A DNA stretch of 64,000 nt from Fidelibacterota bacterium. Its GTDB lineage: Bacteria > Fidelibacterota > UBA8477 > JABMPR01. Every line of letters begins with the position of its first letter. The stretch's first letter is position 1. The position numbers and the translations under genes were made by a program. Shown piece after piece: positions 63,626-64,000 of this stretch. The stretch lies in contig JABMOS010000068.1 in assembly GCA_013203185.1 (NCBI GenBank), positions 19,889 to 83,888 of the forward strand, read 5' to 3'. The notes under the pieces were generated by a model that searched no databases, was not told where the DNA came from, and saw only the letters and a program-made list of their open reading frames with translations.

Positions 63626-64000
63626 ATGTGTCGAAACGGAAGTAACTTGATAATCATTTGCGTGGGAGTTCTTTATTTTATGCTCGCCCCAGTCTGTCAG
63701 GGACAGTTTTCTTTAGACCTTGGAGACCCACATTCATGTACCATTGGCGTCGCCTCCGGTTCGGTCACGGAAGATGGTCGACCACTTATCTGGAAAACAA
63801 GAGATTGGACAAGCCCTGCAGATGCCCACATCAGATTTGATGAAACTATGGTCTACGATATAATCATGGTTGGCAGATACGGCAGTACATGGCCAGTGAT
63901 GGGAGTAAATGAAAAGGGATTTGCTCTGGTATTTTCATTGGCACCTGATCTTACACAAGGGGGGCAGGGTTGGTATTCTACGGGTCTTATGGAGACTGCG
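63626..64000 (+). CDS. secreted Ntn-hydrolase-like protein (C45/acyl-CoA:6-APA acyltransferase-like), 3' end outside window
   Basis: This ORF is not in the supplied track because it runs off the right edge. ATG 63626 is preceded by GAAGGAGA. The translation is MCRNGSNLIIICVGVLYFMLAPVCQGQFSLDLGDPHSCTIGVASGSVTEDGRPLIWKTRDW... A signal peptide followed by a Cys-Thr nucleophile context (SCTIGVASG..T.DGRPL..K.RD) is reminiscent of the C45/C69/choloylglycine hydrolase superfamily. Confidence 0.5.
   Translation, partial: MCRNGSNLIIICVGVLYFMLAPVCQGQFSLDLGDPHSCTIGVASGSVTEDGRPLIWKTRDWTSPADAHIRFDETMVYDIIMVGRYGSTWPVMGVNEKGFALVFSLAPDLTQGGQGWYSTGLMETA

Noticed and set aside
1-64000. Looked for CRISPR arrays, rRNA, integrase, transposase or phage genes, toxin-antitoxin pairs and known defence-system genes.
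   Set aside because: None was recognisable in any frame of the track or in the intergenic regions. The rearrangement scars and repeats are not accompanied by mobility genes within this window.

Overview
This 64-kb window is bacterial DNA. It probably comes from an uncultured marine member of the FCB superphylum, because three large secreted proteins end in the ..NYPNPFNP.. T9SS/FlgD-Ig type C-terminal sorting domain; this placement is tentative. About 50 protein genes are supportable. I found no rRNA, complete tRNA, CRISPR array, transposase or integrase.

Content from left to right:
- Housekeeping and transport genes: SSS permease tail, UMF1-type MFS, DUF971, ybjQ, trmH.
- A three-gene saccharopine-pathway lysine catabolism set: LKR-like, SDH and ALDH7-type.
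- rsmI, tmk and an S41 peptidase.
- A hybrid histidine kinase and an APC permease.
- A frameshifted succinate-semialdehyde dehydrogenase (SSADH) paralogue.
- A roughly 1550-aa CotH/LTD/beta-helix secreted protein and a 904-aa secreted protein.
- mntP.
- A tight four-gene minus-strand operon: HMG-CoA-reductase-family enzyme, PlsC/GNPAT-type acyltransferase, alkyl-DHAP synthase (AGPS), SDR.
- An M6 metalloprotease and cytochrome c5.
- An osmoadaptation operon: MarR, unknown two-repeat protein, TreT-like GT4, otsB, otsA, PRC-barrel, MscS, AblB-like GNAT.
- Permeases and czcD.
- A translationally coupled ThDP-enzyme/SSADH pair next to acnA, fumC and ndh.
- A ferredoxin, a Y_Y_Y/LuxR regulator, a receiver protein and a partial Ntn-hydrolase.

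The best candidate for an undescribed system is the ether-lipid operon at 26966-31455. It reproduces the eukaryotic peroxisomal alkyl-DHAP route, but the fatty-alcohol-forming reductase slot is filled by a divergent HMG-CoA-reductase-fold enzyme.

Other notable points:
- A cyanobacterial-style 2-oxoglutarate decarboxylase/SSADH TCA bypass candidate.
- Rearrangement scars: a roughly 420-bp fumC 3' duplicate, an FNR-type C-terminal relic, and an A8 homopolymer frameshift.
- Two families of conserved intergenic repeats, one carrying a tRNA-like T-arm motif, that bracket single-gene modules (czcD, ferredoxin).

All functional calls rest on motif recognition by eye and recalled family knowledge. 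No database search was run.
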